From positions 3,776,001 through 3,840,000 of the forward strand of contig OZ245046.1 of assembly GCA_965224245.1 (NCBI GenBank): DNA of 64,000 nucleotides. The letters run 5' to 3'. This DNA is from Candidatus Eiseniibacteriota bacterium (GTDB lineage Bacteria; Eisenbacteria; RBG-16-71-46; CAZAMP01). The notes under the pieces were generated by a model. That model ran no database searches and was not told the origin of the DNA. It saw only the letters and a program-made list of their open reading frames with translations. Position numbers and translations under genes: made by a program. Positions 1 through 8,617 of the stretch are shown in pieces (position 1 is the first letter of the stretch; the number at the start of each line of letters is the position of its first letter).

Positions 1-1446
1 GACGGCGACATGGCGCTCGCGGATCTGGTCGCGTTCAACCCGGCGCTGGACTCGCTCGCGCTGGGAGGGCGCACGGCCGCACAGATCGTCGTCGAGGGCC
101 AGGGCCAGGATCCCGACGCGGCCGTCATCAGCGGCACCGCGCGCGCCGAGGACGTCTCGATGCGTGCGGCCCAGCTCCGGGTGCCCGTCACCGCGGTGAC
201 CGGCGACGTCGTGATCGACGGGCGGACGGTCACCACCGACGGCATCAGCGCCAGGCTCGGCAAGAGCGACGTGACCGTTCGCGGGCGTATCGACGACTTC
301 CTCGCGCTCGACCCGCGTCGCACCGATGCCGGACGCGCGACGGCCACGCTCGACGTCACGTCCGCGCTCCTCGACGTGGACGAGTTCATGCCGCCGCGCC
401 CCGAAGGCGACGGCGGAGCCACCGAACGCGTGCCTCCCGCCGAGCCCCTCCTGCCGGAGCTACCGAGGCTCGACGGCCGCGCGGACGTGACGATCCAGCG
501 ACTGCACTACGACCGTGCCGACGCGGAGAACGTCCGCGGCACGCTGAACCTCTCCGGCAACGAGCTGACCATCGACAACGCCACCGGCGACGTCTTCGGG
601 GGCAAGATCGCCCTCGGCGGCACGGTGGATCTCGCCGCGCGCGAGGCCCCGGCGTTCGACGTCCAGACGACGGTCACCGGGTGCAGCCTCCGTCAGGTCA
701 TGGCGTTCAATCGTGGGCTCGATCGCTTCAGCGGCATCGCCGAGCACATGGACGGCACGATGTCGTCGACCTCGCGGCTCCAGGGACGACTCGACTCGGG
801 GCTCCAGCTCGACAGTCCGGCGCTGAGCGGCCTCGGTGACGTCGAGGTCACGCAGGCCACGCTGCAGCGCTATCCGATCCAGGAGCAGCTCGCGCGATAC
901 CTGGGCGCCGATGCGATGCGCCAGCTCTCCGGGCTCGACCTCCTCCAGCCGTTCCGGATCGAAGACGGGCGCCTCACGTTCGACGGGCTCTCGATCACCG
1001 GGAAGTCGCTCTCGGCGAGCGGAAGCGGCTGGACCGACATCACCGGCAAGTACGCGCTGACGCTCGACCTCCTGCTGCCGCGCGCGATGGCCGCCGGAGT
1101 GGGGTCCAGGCTGTCCCCGGAGCTGTCCGGGCTCGTGCTCGCCGGCGACGATCCGACCATCATGCTCCCGGTGACCGTGTCGGGATCACGCGGCGGAAAC
1201 GCCGAGGTCACGATCGACACCGGGAAGCTCGGCGAAGATGCGAGACGGCGCGCCGCCGCGCGCCTGGCCGAGGAGAAGGCGCGTCTCGAGGCCGAGGCGA
1301 AGGCGCGCGCGGAGGCCGCCGCGGCCGAGCTGCTCGGGCGTGACACCGCCGACACCACGCGCGTCGAGACCCTCGTCGAGGACGAGGTCAAGGGACGGGT
1401 GAAGGACGCGCTGGACGGGCTGTTCGGAAAGAAGAAGAAGAAGTAG
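1..1446 (+). CDS. AsmA-family / AsmA-like C-terminal domain protein, 5'-truncated by the window edge
   Basis: Frame is open from base 1; repeated beta-taco-like segments (LDVTSALLDVDEFMP, GDVFGGKI, PFRIEDGRLTF, LPVTVSGS); C-terminal coiled coil ending LFGKKKKK. Confidence 0.75.
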   Translation, partial: DGDMALADLVAFNPALDSLALGGRTAAQIVVEGQGQDPDAAVISGTARAEDVSMRAAQLRVPVTAVTGDVVIDGRTVTTDGISARLGKSDVTVRGRIDDFLALDPRRTDAGRATATLDVTSALLDVDEFMPPRPEGDGGATERVPPAEPLLPELPRLDGRADVTIQRLHYDRADAENVRGTLNLSGNELTIDNATGDVFGGKIALGGTVDLAAREAPAFDVQTTVTGCSLRQVMAFNRGLDRFSGIAEHMDGTMSSTSRLQGRLDSGLQLDSPALSGLGDVEVTQATLQRYPIQEQLARYLGADAMRQLSGLDLLQPFRIEDGRLTFDGLSITGKSLSASGSGWTDITGKYALTLDLLLPRAMAAGVGSRLSPELSGLVLAGDDPTIMLPVTVSGSRGGNAEVTIDTGKLGEDARRRAAARLAEEKARLEAEAKARAEAAAAELLGRDTADTTRVETLVEDEVKGRVKDALDGLFGKKKKK

Positions 1447-1458
1447 TAGTAGTAGTAG
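1429..1458 (+). repeat. Microsatellite (AAG)5(TAG)5: five Lys codons followed by five tandem amber stops
   Basis: Sequence gga aag aag aag aag aag tag tag tag tag tag. Confidence 0.95.
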
Positions 1459-1502
1459 CGCCGGGCGACATCCGCCCTCACCGTGCCGCGTCCCGCAGCA
1501 CG

Positions 1503-2324
1503 TCACTCGTCGGGCGAGAGCTCCGCGAGCTGCCACGGCGCCGGCTCGTGGCAGGGCCAGAGTCGAGCCCGGAAGCTCGTCTCGGGCTCGGCGGCCCGGC
1601 GTGCGATCCGAACGCGTGCGATGTCTTCCAGCGACAGCTCCACCGCACCCCCCAGGTCCACGAACCCGCCGATCGCCGCGATGCTCAGCGGCCGCCCGCG
1701 ATCGGCATCCTGCGACATCGCTCGCGTCGGGTGATCCTCGGGACGCGCATGAAGCGCCTCGAGCACCGACCCGAGGCGCCGGGCTTCCGATCGTGCGACG
1801 TACACGACGGCGAAGGCATCGAGATCGTCTCCCGGCCGCACGTCCGAGACGGACCACGTGGCACGCGTGCCGGTCGCCGCGTCGGGGACGTCGGGACTCA
1901 CCGCGTCGGCCGCCGCGAGCGGGGCATTTGCGGCGATCGCGGCGATCGGGTCGATCGCGGCGACCACGGCGCGGAGCGCGTCGGACACACCATCACGTCC
2001 GATCACGCCGATCCGGATCTCCGGCCGGCCGCGCTCGACGGCGGCCGCCATCTGGGTCACGTAGCCCGCGACGACGAGTGCGGTCTCGTCGGTCCGGAGC
2101 TCATCCGGGCTTCGCCAGCCGCGGCGACGCCCGCTCTCGGCCACGTACCGGAATCCGGGGGGATCCACCGGGCCGCTCGACGGGGCACGAGCCACCGATC
2201 GCGGGGTCGCCACGCGCGCCTCGGCGTCCGGGGCCGGCGTACCGGCGGCGGCCGCCGCCGCGAGGGACGCGGCGACGAGGATCGTGAGACCGAGCGGTCC
2301 GAGCTGACGAGTCGACGGTGTCAT
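1503..2324 (-). CDS. YfiR/HmsC-like (DUF4154) periplasmic protein, divergent
   Basis: Signal peptide; IRIGVIGRD, VVYVARSE..L..L and GFVDLGGAVEL segments resemble YfiR; start could also be 2339. Confidence 0.55.
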   Translation of the reverse strand: MTPSTRQLGPLGLTILVAASLAAAAAAGTPAPDAEARVATPRSVARAPSSGPVDPPGFRYVAESGRRRGWRSPDELRTDETALVVAGYVTQMAAAVERGRPEIRIGVIGRDGVSDALRAVVAAIDPIAAIAANAPLAAADAVSPDVPDAATGTRATWSVSDVRPGDDLDAFAVVYVARSEARRLGSVLEALHARPEDHPTRAMSQDADRGRPLSIAAIGGFVDLGGAVELSLEDIARVRIARRAAEPETSFRARLWPCHEPAPWQLAELSPDE

Positions 2325-2425
2325 GCGCACTCTGGCCATGGTTGGCGAGGATCGACGAACGGATGCGGTGACGGAGCGTCACCACGGACATCCGGCCGGA
2401 GCGGCGAGCCGGCGGCCACCAGTGA

Positions 2426-2452
2426 GGATCGGACGCTCACCTCTGAACTTGA
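2426..2452 (-). promoter_or_regulatory. sigma28/FliA-like promoter upstream of the YfiR-like gene
   Basis: Minus strand TCAA-N15-TCCGATCC, with the -35 reading TCAAGTT; consensus TAAA-N15-GCCGATAA. Confidence 0.5.
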
Positions 2453-2554
2453 ACGCTTTCCGGGCGGATCCCGCGCTCGGGGCCACTCGCCTGCTCGACC
2501 GCCCGAGGTCGTCCGTCCGAGGCGGTTCCGAGCCACGCCGTGCGCCGGTCGGCA

Positions 2555-2579
2555 CGTGTAGTTGTTACAGGACCTGTGA
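2555..2579. promoter_or_regulatory. Putative enhancer (UAS) element, copy A
   Basis: CGTGTAG-N6-CAG-N4-TGTGA, containing palindrome TGTA-N5-TACA, ~120-140 bp upstream of the sigma54 site at 2699; same pattern at 5878. Confidence 0.45.
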
Positions 2580-2698
2580 AATCAACCGACCCGTCCGGGT
2601 GAGCCGATCGCTGCACGGCCCCCCGGGGCACGGGTGAAGACTCCGCAACGCATTCGATTGCCTGCAGTTAGACCGGACACCCAGATCCGTGGTGCGCG

Positions 2699-2714
2699 TG
2701 GCAGGCTCCTTGCG
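2699..2714 (+). promoter_or_regulatory. sigma54 (-24/-12) promoter
   Basis: TGGCAGGCTCCTTGCG = GG-N10-GC with TTGC, 60 bp before the DUF1328 start. Confidence 0.65.
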
Positions 2715-2774
2715 ACATCATCGGAGCCGAGCAACGACGGACGAGTGTGTACCCCACACGGATGGGAGGATCCC

Positions 2775-2948
2775 GTGCTTGGACTTTCGATCACCTTCTT
2801 CCTGATCGCGCTCGTGGCGGCGGTGTTCGGGTTCGGCGGCATCGCCGCCGGCGCCGCGGGCATCGCGAAGCTCCTGTTCTTCATCTTCCTCGTGCTGTTC
2901 GTGGTGTCGATGATCGCGCGTGCGCTGCGGGGACGATCGGTCATGTAG
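2775..2948 (+). CDS. DUF1328 (UPF0391/YtjA-like) small membrane protein
   Basis: GTG start after [40 protein letters not shown] is the family signature. Confidence 0.9.
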   Translation: MLGLSITFFLIALVAAVFGFGGIAAGAAGIAKLLFFIFLVLFVVSMIARALRGRSVM

Positions 2949-3169
2949 CGTCCCACATCGGCGCCGATGCGTACCGCCGCGTCGGCGCCGATCGCATCCC
3001 GGCCCGCGGTGAACCCACCCCGCTCGACCGTGCGTCCCACCCTGCATCCGGAGGCGGAACGGAGCTCCCGCTCCGTAACCGCCCCCGGCACCTCGCCGGT
3101 CCCGCGCGACGGCGGGCTCGTTTCGTCCTCGACCGGAGGCTCGACCCTGCTCGTCCAGGTCGCGTCGCG

Positions 3170-3664
3170 TCAGTGGAACGTCCACCCCACGGTCAGCTCG
3201 AGGTCGGGCTGATCGATGAGTCCCAGCCGACTCTCGACGAAGAACGAGCTACCGCTCCGAAGCCCCTTCTCGATCCCTCCCACGGCGGACAACCCCACGT
3301 CGGTGTGCGAGTCGTCGCCGCGATCGCGGCCGCCGTCGTGGTTCACCACCACGATCCCCAGGCCGCCCCCCAGATACGGGCTCCAGGCCTCCCAGTTCTC
3401 GGCGAACCGGTACGTGCCCTCGAGCGCGTTGATCGAGATGACGGTCACGTCGTCCCCGACGCCGAGCTCCACGCTGGGCTGGTAGCGAACCCGATCGAAC
3501 AGACGCCCCGCATTGATGTGCACGCCACCGGTCACCTGATCGGGATCGATGCGCAGCCCGACGCGCGGGCCCCATCCGGAATGGCCCGTGGCGGGCTCGT
3601 CGGCGCCGGCGGGTACGGCGGCCATCGCCAGGACGAGTGCGGTAGCCGTCAGTCGTTGCGTCAT
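3170..3664 (-). CDS. Small outer-membrane beta-barrel protein
   Basis: GGAGG RBS; signal peptide; alternating strands, PYLGGGLG motif, C-terminal VGWTF. Confidence 0.8.
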   Translation of the reverse strand: MTQRLTATALVLAMAAVPAGADEPATGHSGWGPRVGLRIDPDQVTGGVHINAGRLFDRVRYQPSVELGVGDDVTVISINALEGTYRFAENWEAWSPYLGGGLGIVVVNHDGGRDRGDDSHTDVGLSAVGGIEKGLRSGSSFFVESRLGLIDQPDLELTVGWTFH

Positions 3665-4077
3665 GATTGCCTCCATGGCTTGGGGGTGAACCGCACGTCG
3701 TGTGGGCCTCACGCCGGCGACCGGTCCGTCGGGTCCTCGCCGGTCCTGGCGGCGCGACGCGCCGAGTACGCCGCGCGTCGAACGTGGCGTACGGGCGCCG
3801 GAAACCGCATCCCGTCGAGTGACCGTTCGTGTAGACACCCGCGTGACGGCACCGGTCACACCCTCGTGGACCGACTGCGTGGGCACGGGCGAGCGAGCCG
3901 ACTCGGTGCGGGCGTGCGATCGTGTGAAGCCCGGGCGGCGCAGAACATGCAGAACATCTTGCGTGACGAGGCCGGAACGGATCCGGTGACGCCGCGCGAC
4001 CGCCGGTCTGCCGGTGGCCGCGCGGGCTGGACCGGCTCCCAACCCCGCGAACGGACGCGGCGGGAGCCGAACCCGAG

Positions 4078-4638
4078 CTAGCTTCGAACCGACAGTCGCG
4101 CCGGCTCGACGATGTGAACCGCGAGCCTTCGCCCGCGGGGAAGCTCGACCGCTCCGCTCTCCGCGGCGGGGACGATGACCACGTCGGCGGTCTCTTCCGT
4201 CGTACCCGCCTCCGCGGCGCCGGCATCGACGCCGCTCGCCGTGCGTGTCGTCGCGTCACCCGGCGGCGACACGTCCGGCGAAGCGGCCACGAAGGCGATC
4301 GGGCGCGTCTCGATCTTGCTGGACCGGTCGGCATCCGTGTCGATCTCGCGGAACAGGAGCGTGATCTTCTGCGTCCCGATCGGATCGACGTGCACCACCT
4401 GCGCGTCCAGCCGCGTCCCCGCGGGCAGGAGCAGGTCCGAGGCGTCGTCGTACAGCGGGGCCATCAGCGTCGCGTGCACGATGTCTCCGGGGCGATGTTC
4501 CTCGGACGTCACGTCCTCGCTGAGCATCACGATCATCGTCGTTCCGGCCGGAACGACCTTCTCCGTCGTCGACGATTCGCACGCGGCGGTGGCACAGAGC
4601 GCCACCACGAGGCTCGCACGTCTGATGAGGGTCACCAT
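4078..4638 (-). CDS. Hypothetical lipoprotein (VPAGT..LPAGT motifs, TrbI/VirB10-like beta fold possible)
   Basis: Lipobox-like TAAC; RBS GAGG; motifs VPAGTTMIVMLSE and LLPAGTRL. Confidence 0.55.
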   Translation of the reverse strand: MVTLIRRASLVVALCATAACESSTTEKVVPAGTTMIVMLSEDVTSEEHRPGDIVHATLMAPLYDDASDLLLPAGTRLDAQVVHVDPIGTQKITLLFREIDTDADRSSKIETRPIAFVAASPDVSPPGDATTRTASGVDAGAAEAGTTEETADVVIVPAAESGAVELPRGRRLAVHIVEPARLSVRS

Positions 4639-4659
4639 CGTCGTCACCTCCTCACGCGG

Positions 4660-5628
4660 TCATTCCGGGTCATCGGTTTCGTCGGTGGTCTCATCGACGG
4701 CGGCCACGCGATCGTCACCGGTGGGCTCGCTCAGGCTCTCGAGGTTGGCTCGGGCTCGCTCGCTGCCTGCGGCGGCCGCCTCCTCGAACACGGCTCTCGC
4801 CTCGTCGACCCGGCCGCTCCGCTCCAGCGCGACGCCGAGGTTGTTCAGCACGTAGGCCGGCAGCATCTGCCCGGTCCGAGCGGCGGTGGCTCGTGCCTCC
4901 TCGAGGCTCGACGCGGCCCGCTCGTACTCGCCGCGCATCAGCAGCACGTACCCGTGATTGTTCCGGGCGTACAGGTTGGCGCCATCGAGCTCGCAGGCCC
5001 GGCGAAACGCGGTCTCGGCCTCGTCGAGGCGCTCGGCGGACAGGAGAGCGCGGCCCCTGACGTTCCAGGCGATGCTCGACGAGTCGTCGAACGCCGTGGC
5101 CTGGGCGCTCAGATCCAGCGCGCGGTCCACGTCGGGCGGCTCGACGTCCAGGAGGGCGCGGCTCAGATTCACCCGGACATCCCGCTGCATCGCGACGTCC
5201 TCGGCGAACGCCCCGAGGAGCGGCTCCAGGAGTCGCTGTGCCTCGCGTGCACCGTCGGGTCGGTGGAGCGCCTCCATGGCGTCGGCGTAATCCCGGCGGG
5301 CGTCCTCGGCGCTCGGGGTGTCGCTGACGTTCGCGGACGTGGGTGCGTCTTCGGCCGGCTCGGAGCCGGCCGATGGGTCGGTCGTCACGGCATCGTCCGA
5401 CGGCGCACCGGCCGACGATGCGTCAGCCGGCGGCGCATCCTCCGATGGCGTGGCGGGTGTCGTCGCGGGCTCCTCCGCCGCCGGCGGCGTGACCTCCGGC
5501 GCCTCGTCGTCCATTCGAACGCCGGCGGTGGACTCGCGTCGCTTGGCCTCGGAGGGCGTGCCGATCGAGCAGACCCCGATGGCAATCAGCGCTGCCAGCG
5601 GCAGCAGCACGGCTCTCGTGTTCGTCAT
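4660..5628 (-). CDS. Secreted TPR protein with acidic Pro/Ala-rich linker
   Basis: Signal peptide; TPR motifs AWNVRGRAL, ARNNHGYVL, VLNNLGVAL. Confidence 0.8.
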   Translation of the reverse strand: MTNTRAVLLPLAALIAIGVCSIGTPSEAKRRESTAGVRMDDEAPEVTPPAAEEPATTPATPSEDAPPADASSAGAPSDDAVTTDPSAGSEPAEDAPTSANVSDTPSAEDARRDYADAMEALHRPDGAREAQRLLEPLLGAFAEDVAMQRDVRVNLSRALLDVEPPDVDRALDLSAQATAFDDSSSIAWNVRGRALLSAERLDEAETAFRRACELDGANLYARNNHGYVLLMRGEYERAASSLEEARATAARTGQMLPAYVLNNLGVALERSGRVDEARAVFEEAAAAGSERARANLESLSEPTGDDRVAAVDETTDETDDPE

Positions 5629-5750
5629 CGCTCACCTCTGCTATCGTGGGCAGCCCCTCGCTCGCCGATTCGATTCGGTCTGCGCGGCACGAGCCGCCGT
5701 CGGGCCTCGATTCGGGATGCCGTTCCCGACTCCTCGTCGATCCCGTGAAG

Positions 5751-5766
5751 CGCAAATGACGTGCCG
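5751..5766 (-). promoter_or_regulatory. sigma54 promoter for the TPR/lipoprotein genes
   Basis: Minus strand CGGCACGTCATTTGCG (GG-N10-GC with GGCACG and TTGC). Confidence 0.65.
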
Positions 5767-5877
5767 ACCGCCTGAACGGGGACCTGGGCCACGCCAAGGC
5801 CGTGTCGCGACGGCGGATGGGTCGGGCTGCACCGTGGGAGACCGTTCGGCTCGAACCGGCCGGCGGCCGACCGGGAT

Positions 5878-5911
5878 CGTGTAGGAACTCCAGAGCGTGT
5901 GAGGATTTCAC
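5878..5911. promoter_or_regulatory. Putative enhancer (UAS) element, copy B, between divergent sigma54 promoters
   Basis: CGTGTAG-N6-CAG-N4-TGTGA, followed into palindrome GTGA-N5-TCAC. Confidence 0.45.
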
Positions 5912-5976
5912 GGATGAACCGAGACGTTCTCGGGGCCTGGATCCGCCATCCGGGCGATACGAGTCGCCGTCGAGCC

Positions 5977-5992
5977 TGGCATGCATCTCGCA
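5977..5992 (+). promoter_or_regulatory. sigma54 promoter for the OmpA lipoprotein
   Basis: TGGCATGCATCTCGCA (GG-N10-GC). Confidence 0.55.
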
Positions 5993-6062
5993 TGAACCTC
6001 GGGGTGTCGAAGTCGCTCATGCGTGACCCGCGCACACCGCGACACAACCGAGGAGTATTCCG

Positions 6063-6692
6063 ATGCGCAACAAAGACATGCGGTCAATCCTGCTCGTGGC
6101 CCCCCTCGTGCTCCTGGGCTGCGCGACCAAGGGCTACGTGCGTGAGCAGGTGGCCGCGATGGAGCACGACATGAATCGGGTCGAGCAGAGCCTGTCCCAG
6201 CAGGTCCAGGACGCGAACGGTCGGGTCGCGGGGCTCGAGGCCTCCACGGGTCGGATGAACGCCAGCATCGACGAGGCCCGCCGCCTCGCGCTGGGGGATG
6301 TCGACCTGACCGAGGTCGATCGGTGCCGGGTCTACTTCGCGTTCGACAGCGACCAGATCCGGGCCGACCAGAAGGCGGCGCTGGACCGGGTCGCCACGTC
6401 GCTCGAGGCGAATCCGCGACTCGTCGTGAACGTGTTCGGATTCACCGATCCGACCGGCTCGGCCGCGTACAACGCGGAGCTGGGACGTCGGCGCGCCGAA
6501 GCCGTGATGCGCTACCTCGTGGACCACACGGGTGACGCACTCCGCCGGTACCAGATGCTGAGCTTCGGCGAGGATGCCCCGGCGCGCGAGCGCGAGTCGC
6601 TCGGCACCGAGAACGAACGACGGCGGCAGGCGCTCGTCGTGCTGCTGGAGGCCGAGCTGGCCGGGGAGCGCTCGGATCTGACGCAGCAGTAG
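6063..6692 (+). CDS. OmpA-family peptidoglycan-binding lipoprotein with coiled-coil linker
   Basis: GAGGAG RBS; lipobox LLGC-ATKGYV; VYFAFDS, GFTDPTGSAAYNAELGRRRAEAV. Confidence 0.9.
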   Translation: MRNKDMRSILLVAPLVLLGCATKGYVREQVAAMEHDMNRVEQSLSQQVQDANGRVAGLEASTGRMNASIDEARRLALGDVDLTEVDRCRVYFAFDSDQIRADQKAALDRVATSLEANPRLVVNVFGFTDPTGSAAYNAELGRRRAEAVMRYLVDHTGDALRRYQMLSFGEDAPARERESLGTENERRRQALVVLLEAELAGERSDLTQQ

Positions 6693-6731
6693 GACGGGGT
6701 GGCGGTGGCGCGCCGGGGGCGCCACCGCACG

Positions 6732-7181
6732 CTACTCGTCGATCAGCTCCTCGGCGAGCAAGCGCGCCTTGCGGGACAGGCTCGCGGCGGCCGCCGGATC
6801 GTCGTCCGCGAGCGCATCACGGGCCGACGCCACCAAACGCTCCAGCACCTGGCGCCTGTCGGCCTTCTCCTCGGGGAGCGTCATGCCGGCCAGCGCACGC
6901 GTCACCTCGGCCACGCGCGCGAGGTCGTTTCGCGCCTGCTCGAAGAGGCGGACCTGCTCGTCGTCGGACAGCGCCACCGATACCGACTCCAGTGACTCCC
7001 GGACCTCCGCCGGCGCGGCCTCACTCGTCGCCGCGGTGGAGTCGGGCGCGGCCACCGGCCGGGAGGCGTCCGTGGCCGGCGTTCCGGAGCCCGGCGCCGT
7101 CTGCCGTCGAACGGCCGAGCACGCCGTTCCCATCGCCAGAACGGCCACCAGTCCGGTCAGCATCACGCGTCGTGCGCGCAT
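6732..7181 (-). CDS. Hypothetical helical lipoprotein downstream of the kinase
   Basis: Lipobox-like GTAC; overlaps the kinase stop; helical C-terminus. Confidence 0.6.
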   Translation of the reverse strand: MRARRVMLTGLVAVLAMGTACSAVRRQTAPGSGTPATDASRPVAAPDSTAATSEAAPAEVRESLESVSVALSDDEQVRLFEQARNDLARVAEVTRALAGMTLPEEKADRRQVLERLVASARDALADDDPAAAASLSRKARLLAEELIDE

Positions 7182-8617
7182 GGAAGCTCCATGATGAGCG
7201 TCGTCCCGGTCGGGCCCGTTTCCAGCCGGACCTGGCCGCGGTGCAGCTCGGCCGTCTGGGCGATCAGCGCGAGCCCGATGCCGCTGCCCTTCGGTCGCGT
7301 GGTGAAGTACGGATCGAACGCCTGTCGACGGGTCTCGGCCGTCATCCCCGGACCATTGTCCGACACCCACATCCGAACCGACGTCGCGTCCCGCGCCGCC
7401 GCCAGCACGATGCGGCCGTCCGTGCGTCCCTCGAGCGCCTCCAGGGCATTCTGGATCGCATTGCCGAGTGCCTGTTTCACGACCAGCGCGTCCATCTCCA
7501 CCACACCCGGGGCGTCGGCTTCCACGACCAGCTCGACGGATTGCAGATGCGCCCGAGCCTCGACGTCGTGGCCGACGTCACGCAGCAGCGCGTGAACGTT
7601 CGTCGTCTCGACGTTCAGCGCGCCGACCGACGCCATGCGCAGAAAGCCCGTGACGGACCCCTCGACGCTCTGGATGGCCCGTCGCGCCCGGTCGAGCGTA
7701 GCATCCCGCTCTTCCCCTGTCTGTGACGCCGCGACCGCGAGCTCGAGGCTGGCGCGCTGCAGGTGGTTCCGGAGCTCGTGGGCGACACCGGACGCCATTC
7801 GACCCAGGCGATCCAGCACGGTGGACACCTGCGGCGACCCCGGTACGGCCCCGCGCTCGGCATCCGCGGACTCCCGGAACCGGTCTCCGAGGACGTTGAG
7901 GGCCTGGGCCAGGCGAGTGAACTCGTCGTGGCCGCGCTCGGAGAGGCGAACGTCGAGCTGTCCCTCGGTGAGGGCCCGGACGCCGGCCTCGAGCTCCCGC
8001 ACGCGACCGGTCAGGACGCGCGACACCAGAATGCCCGACACCAGCGCGAGCACGACCGCGGTCACCGCCGTGACCAGCCCTCGGGACATCGCATCCTCCA
8101 CCGACGTCCACAGGAATGTGCCCGACATCACGACCTGGACCGTCGCGAACGGCTGGCCGTCGTGGAGCAGGCTCGTCTCGCGCTGGTAGTCGGGCGCGCG
8201 GCGATGGAGCTCCCACAGCGTGGCCACCGCCGCGCGCATGCTGCGAACGTCGGGAAGGGGCGCATGCGCCTCCGAGCGGGTGCCGATGCTCGCGGAGTCG
8301 GTGTGCGCCACGTACCACCCGTTGGGATCGGTCACCGCGACGCTGATGATCGACGGCGCGAGGACGATGGCATCGTCGAAGGTCGCGGCGAGACCGGCGG
8401 AGCGCCGGGCGCCGCTCAGATCGGTGCCCGACGCCGCGGACGTGAGTCGAGCGAGCTCACGCCGGACGGCGCCGGTGACGAGATCGGCCTCCGTCGACGC
8501 CTGCCGGGCACCGAGCTGCACCGCGCTCGTCAGACCCAGAAACCCCGTGACCGCGATCAGCACCGCCGCGAGCAGGACAAACGCGGTGAGCTGCCGCGCC
8601 CGCCAGCCGAGCGTCAT
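7163..8617 (-). CDS. HAMP-domain sensor histidine kinase
   Basis: Two TM helices, HAMP, H-box VAHELRN, N-box NAIQNA, DNGPG, FDPYFTT, GSGIGL. Confidence 0.92.
   Translation of the reverse strand: MTLGWRARQLTAFVLLAAVLIAVTGFLGLTSAVQLGARQASTEADLVTGAVRRELARLTSAASGTDLSGARRSAGLAATFDDAIVLAPSIISVAVTDPNGWYVAHTDSASIGTRSEAHAPLPDVRSMRAAVATLWELHRRAPDYQRETSLLHDGQPFATVQVVMSGTFLWTSVEDAMSRGLVTAVTAVVLALVSGILVSRVLTGRVRELEAGVRALTEGQLDVRLSERGHDEFTRLAQALNVLGDRFRESADAERGAVPGSPQVSTVLDRLGRMASGVAHELRNHLQRASLELAVAASQTGEERDATLDRARRAIQSVEGSVTGFLRMASVGALNVETTNVHALLRDVGHDVEARAHLQSVELVVEADAPGVVEMDALVVKQALGNAIQNALEALEGRTDGRIVLAAARDATSVRMWVSDNGPGMTAETRRQAFDPYFTTRPKGSGIGLALIAQTAELHRGQVRLETGPTGTTLIMELPCAHDA

Noticed and set aside
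1444-1458. TAG recoding (pyrrolysine or alternative genetic code)
   Set aside because: Several conserved genes (DUF1328, OmpA, ileS) end at TAG at their expected C-termini, and no in-frame TAG interrupts a conserved gene
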